This document shows, piece after piece, positions 60,401-64,000 of a stretch of 64,000 nt of DNA. Made by a program: the position numbers and the translations under genes. The notes under the pieces are model-generated. The model was given only the letters and a program-made list of their open reading frames with translations. It did no database searches and had not been told where the DNA came from. The stretch is taken from NCBI RefSeq assembly GCF_046119375.1, contig NW_027362767.1, positions 51,460,001 to 51,524,000 on the forward strand. The letters run 5' to 3'. Position 1 is the stretch's first letter; each line of letters begins with the position of its first letter. The DNA is from Phyllobates terribilis (Eukaryota).

Positions 60401-63400
60401 GACTGGTGTATGTCCAGTCCGCTCTGTGGACTGGTGTATGTCCAGTCCGCTCTGTGGACTGGTGTATGTCCAGTCCGCTCTGTGGACTGGTGTATGTCCA
60501 GTCCGCTCTGTGGACTGGTGTATGTCCAGTCCGCTCTGTGGACTGGTGTATGTCCAGTCCGCTCTGTGGACTGGTGTATGTCCAGTCCGCTCTGTGGACT
60601 GGTGTATGTCCAGTCCGCTCTGTGGACTGGTGTATGTCCAGTCCGCTCTGTGGACTGGTGTATGTCCAGTCCGCTCTGTGGACTGGTGTATGTCCAGTCC
60701 GCTCTGTGGACTGGTGTATGTCCAGTCCGCTCTGTGGACTGGTGTATGTCCAGTCCGCTCTGTGGACTGGTGTATGTCCAGTCCGCTCTGTGGACTGGTG
60801 TATGTCCAGTCCGCTCTGTGGACTGGTGTATGTCCAGTCCGCTCTGTGGACTGGTGTATGTCCAGTCCGCTCTGTGGACTGGTGTATGTCCAGTCCGCTC
60901 TGTGGACTGGTGTATGTCCAGTCCGCTCTGTGGACTGGTGTATGTCCAGTCCGCTCTGTGGACTGGTGTATGTCCAGTCCGCTCTGTGGACTGGTGTATG
61001 TCCAGTCCGCTCTGTGGACTGGTGTATGTCCAGTCCGCTCTGTGGACTGGTGTATGTCCAGTCCGCTCTGTGGACTGGTGTATGTCCAGTCCGCTCTGTG
61101 GACTGGTGTATGTCCAGTCCGCTCTGTGGACTGGTGTATGTCCAGTCCGCTCTGTGGACTGGTGTATGTCCAGTCCGCTCTGTGGACTGGTGTATGTCCA
61201 GTCCGCTCTGTGGACTGGTGTATGTCCAGTCCGCTCTGTGGACTGGTGTATGTCCAGTCCGCTCTGTGGACTGGTGTATGTCCAGTCCGCTCTGTGGACT
61301 GGTGTATGTCCAGTCCGCTCTGTGGACTGGTGTATGTCCAGTCCGCTCTGTGGACTGGTGTATGTCCAGTCCGCTCTGTGGACTGGTGTATGTCCAGTCC
61401 GCTCTGTGGACTGGTGTATGTCCAGTCCGCTCTGTGGACTGGTGTATGTCCAGTCCGCTCTGTGGACTGGTGTATGTCCAGTCCGCTCTGTGGACTGGTG
61501 TATGTCCAGTCCGCTCTGTGGACTGGTGTATGTCCAGTCCGCTCTGTGGACTGGTGTATGTCCAGTCCGCTCTGTGGACTGGTGTATGTCCAGTCCGCTC
61601 TGTGGACTGGTGTATGTCCAGTCCGCTCTGTGGACTGGTGTATGTCCAGTCCGCTCTGTGGACTGGTGTATGTCCAGTCCGCTCTGTGGACTGGTGTATG
61701 TCCAGTCCGCTCTGTGGACTGGTGTATGTCCAGTCCGCTCTGTGGACTGGTGTATGTCCAGTCCGCTCTGTGGACTGGTGTATGTCCAGTCCGCTCTGTG
61801 GACTGGTGTATGTCCAGTCCGCTCTGTGGACTGGTGTATGTCCAGTCCGCTCTGTGGACTGGTGTATGTCCAGTCCGCTCTGTGGACTGGTGTATGTCCA
61901 GTCCGCTCTGTGGACTGGTGTATGTCCAGTCCGCTCTGTGGACTGGTGTATGTCCAGTCCGCTCTGTGGACTGGTGTATGTCCAGTCCGCTCTGTGGACT
62001 GGTGTATGTCCAGTCCGCTCTGTGGACTGGTGTATGTCCAGTCCGCTCTGTGGACTGGTGTATGTCCAGTCCGCTCTGTGGACTGGTGTATGTCCAGTCC
62101 GCTCTGTGGACTGGTGTATGTCCAGTCCGCTCTGTGGACTGGTGTATGTCCAGTCCGCTCTGTGGACTGGTGTATGTCCAGTCCGCTCTGTGGACTGGTG
62201 TATGTCCAGTCCGCTCTGTGGACTGGTGTATGTCCAGTCCGCTCTGTGGACTGGTGTATGTCCAGTCCGCTCTGTGGACTGGTGTATGTCCAGTCCGCTC
62301 TGTGGACTGGTGTATGTCCAGTCCGCTCTGTGGACTGGTGTATGTCCAGTCCGCTCTGTGGACTGGTGTATGTCCAGTCCGCTCTGTGGACTGGTGTATG
62401 TCCAGTCCGCTCTGTGGACTGGTGTATGTCCAGTCCGCTCTGTGGACTGGTGTATGTCCAGTCCGCTCTGTGGACTGGTGTATGTCCAGTCCGCTCTGTG
62501 GACTGGTGTATGTCCAGTCCGCTCTGTGGACTGGTGTATGTCCAGTCCGCTCTGTGGACTGGTGTATGTCCAGTCCGCTCTGTGGACTGGTGTATGTCCA
62601 GTCCGCTCTGTGGACTGGTGTATGTCCAGTCCGCTCTGTGGACTGGTGTATGTCCAGTCCGCTCTGTGGACTGGTGTATGTCCAGTCCGCTCTGTGGACT
62701 GGTGTATGTCCAGTCCGCTCTGTGGACTGGTGTATGTCCAGTCCGCTCTGTGGACTGGTGTATGTCCAGTCCGCTCTGTGGACTGGTGTATGTCCAGTCC
62801 GCTCTGTGGACTGGTGTATGTCCAGTCCGCTCTGTGGACTGGTGTATGTCCAGTCCGCTCTGTGGACTGGTGTATGTCCAGTCCGCTCTGTGGACTGGTG
62901 TATGTCCAGTCCGCTCTGTGGACTGGTGTATGTCCAGTCCGCTCTGTGGACTGGTGTATGTCCAGTCCGCTCTGTGGACTGGTGTATGTCCAGTCCGCTC
63001 TGTGGACTGGTGTATGTCCAGTCCGCTCTGTGGACTGGTGTATGTCCAGTCCGCTCTGTGGACTGGTGTATGTCCAGTCCGCTCTGTGGACTGGTGTATG
63101 TCCAGTCCGCTCTGTGGACTGGTGTATGTCCAGTCCGCTCTGTGGACTGGTGTATGTCCAGTCCGCTCTGTGGACTGGTGTATGTCCAGTCCGCTCTGTG
63201 GACTGGTGTATGTCCAGTCCGCTCTGTGGACTGGTGTATGTCCAGTCCGCTCTGTGGACTGGTGTATGTCCAGTCCGCTCTGTGGACTGGTGTATGTCCA
63301 GTCCGCTCTGTGGACTGGTGTATGTCCAGTCCGCTCTGTGGACTGGTGTATGTCCAGTCCGCTCTGTGGACTGGTGTATGTCCAGTCCGCTCTGTGGACT

Positions 63401-64000
63401 GGTGTATGTCCAGTCCGCTCTGTGGACTGGTGTATGTCCAGTCCGCTCTGTGGACTGGTGTATGTCCAGTCCGCTCTGTGGACTGGTGTATGTCCAGTCC
63501 GCTCTGTGGACTGGTGTATGTCCAGTCCGCTCTGTGGACTGGTGTATGTCCAGTCCGCTCTGTGGACTGGTGTATGTCCAGTCCGCTCTGTGGACTGGTG
63601 TATGTCCAGTCCGCTCTGTGGACTGGTGTATGTCCAGTCCGCTCTGTGGACTGGTGTATGTCCAGTCCGCTCTGTGGACTGGTGTATGTCCAGTCCGCTC
63701 TGTGGACTGGTGTATGTCCAGTCCGCTCTGTGGACTGGTGTATGTCCAGTCCGCTCTGTGGACTGGTGTATGTCCAGTCCGCTCTGTGGACTGGTGTATG
63801 TCCAGTCCGCTCTGTGGACTGGTGTATGTCCAGTCCGCTCTGTGGACTGGTGTATGTCCAGTCCGCTCTGTGGACTGGTGTATGTCCAGTCCGCTCTGTG
63901 GACTGGTGTATGTCCAGTCCGCTCTGTGGACTGGTGTATGTCCAGTCCGCTCTGTGGACTGGTGTATGTCCAGTCCGCTCTGTGGACTGGTGTATGTCCA
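57488..64000. repeat. 28-bp satellite, at least about 230 copies, POLE2 intron 3, running off the window end
   Basis: Unit GGACTGGTGTATGTCCAGTCCGCTCTGT. About 10 variant copies at the left edge, then apparently invariant from about 57760. Confidence 0.98.

Noticed and set aside
57488-64000. 28-bp palindromic repeat resembling a CRISPR direct repeat
   Set aside because: No unique spacers, no cas genes, and it lies in an intron of a vertebrate gene. It is a tandem satellite.

Overview
This is vertebrate genomic DNA, probably an anuran amphibian (inferred from the repeat families and gene compactness). It carries the conserved syntenic block NEMF(+, last 5 exons) >< KLHDC2(-, 13 exons, 418 aa) < KLHDC1(-, 13 exons, 399 aa) <> POLE2(+, first 3 exons); all exons were traced by hand with GT-AG boundaries and consistent phases. 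The stand-out is a young 4.8-kb LTR element (24757-29592) about 415 bp upstream of the KLHDC2 start codon. It has 1222-bp TG...CA LTRs about 99.7% identical, a 4-bp TSD (GTAG), an 18-nt tRNA-Ser PBS and a PPT. It has no protease, RT, RNase H or integrase, but encodes one reading frame (split by a single TGA) with coiled-coil/Pro-rich segments ending in a cold-shock domain. Introns and intergenic DNA also hold a Penelope-like inverted-repeat insertion with two candidate minimal hammerhead ribozymes, a nested stack of two hAT MITEs and two Tc1 elements, several MITEs and several kb-scale satellites (one a >6.5-kb hairpin-forming 28-mer array). A candidate unannotated small spliced gene lies between KLHDC1 and KLHDC2. 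All analysis was by eye; no database searches were run.
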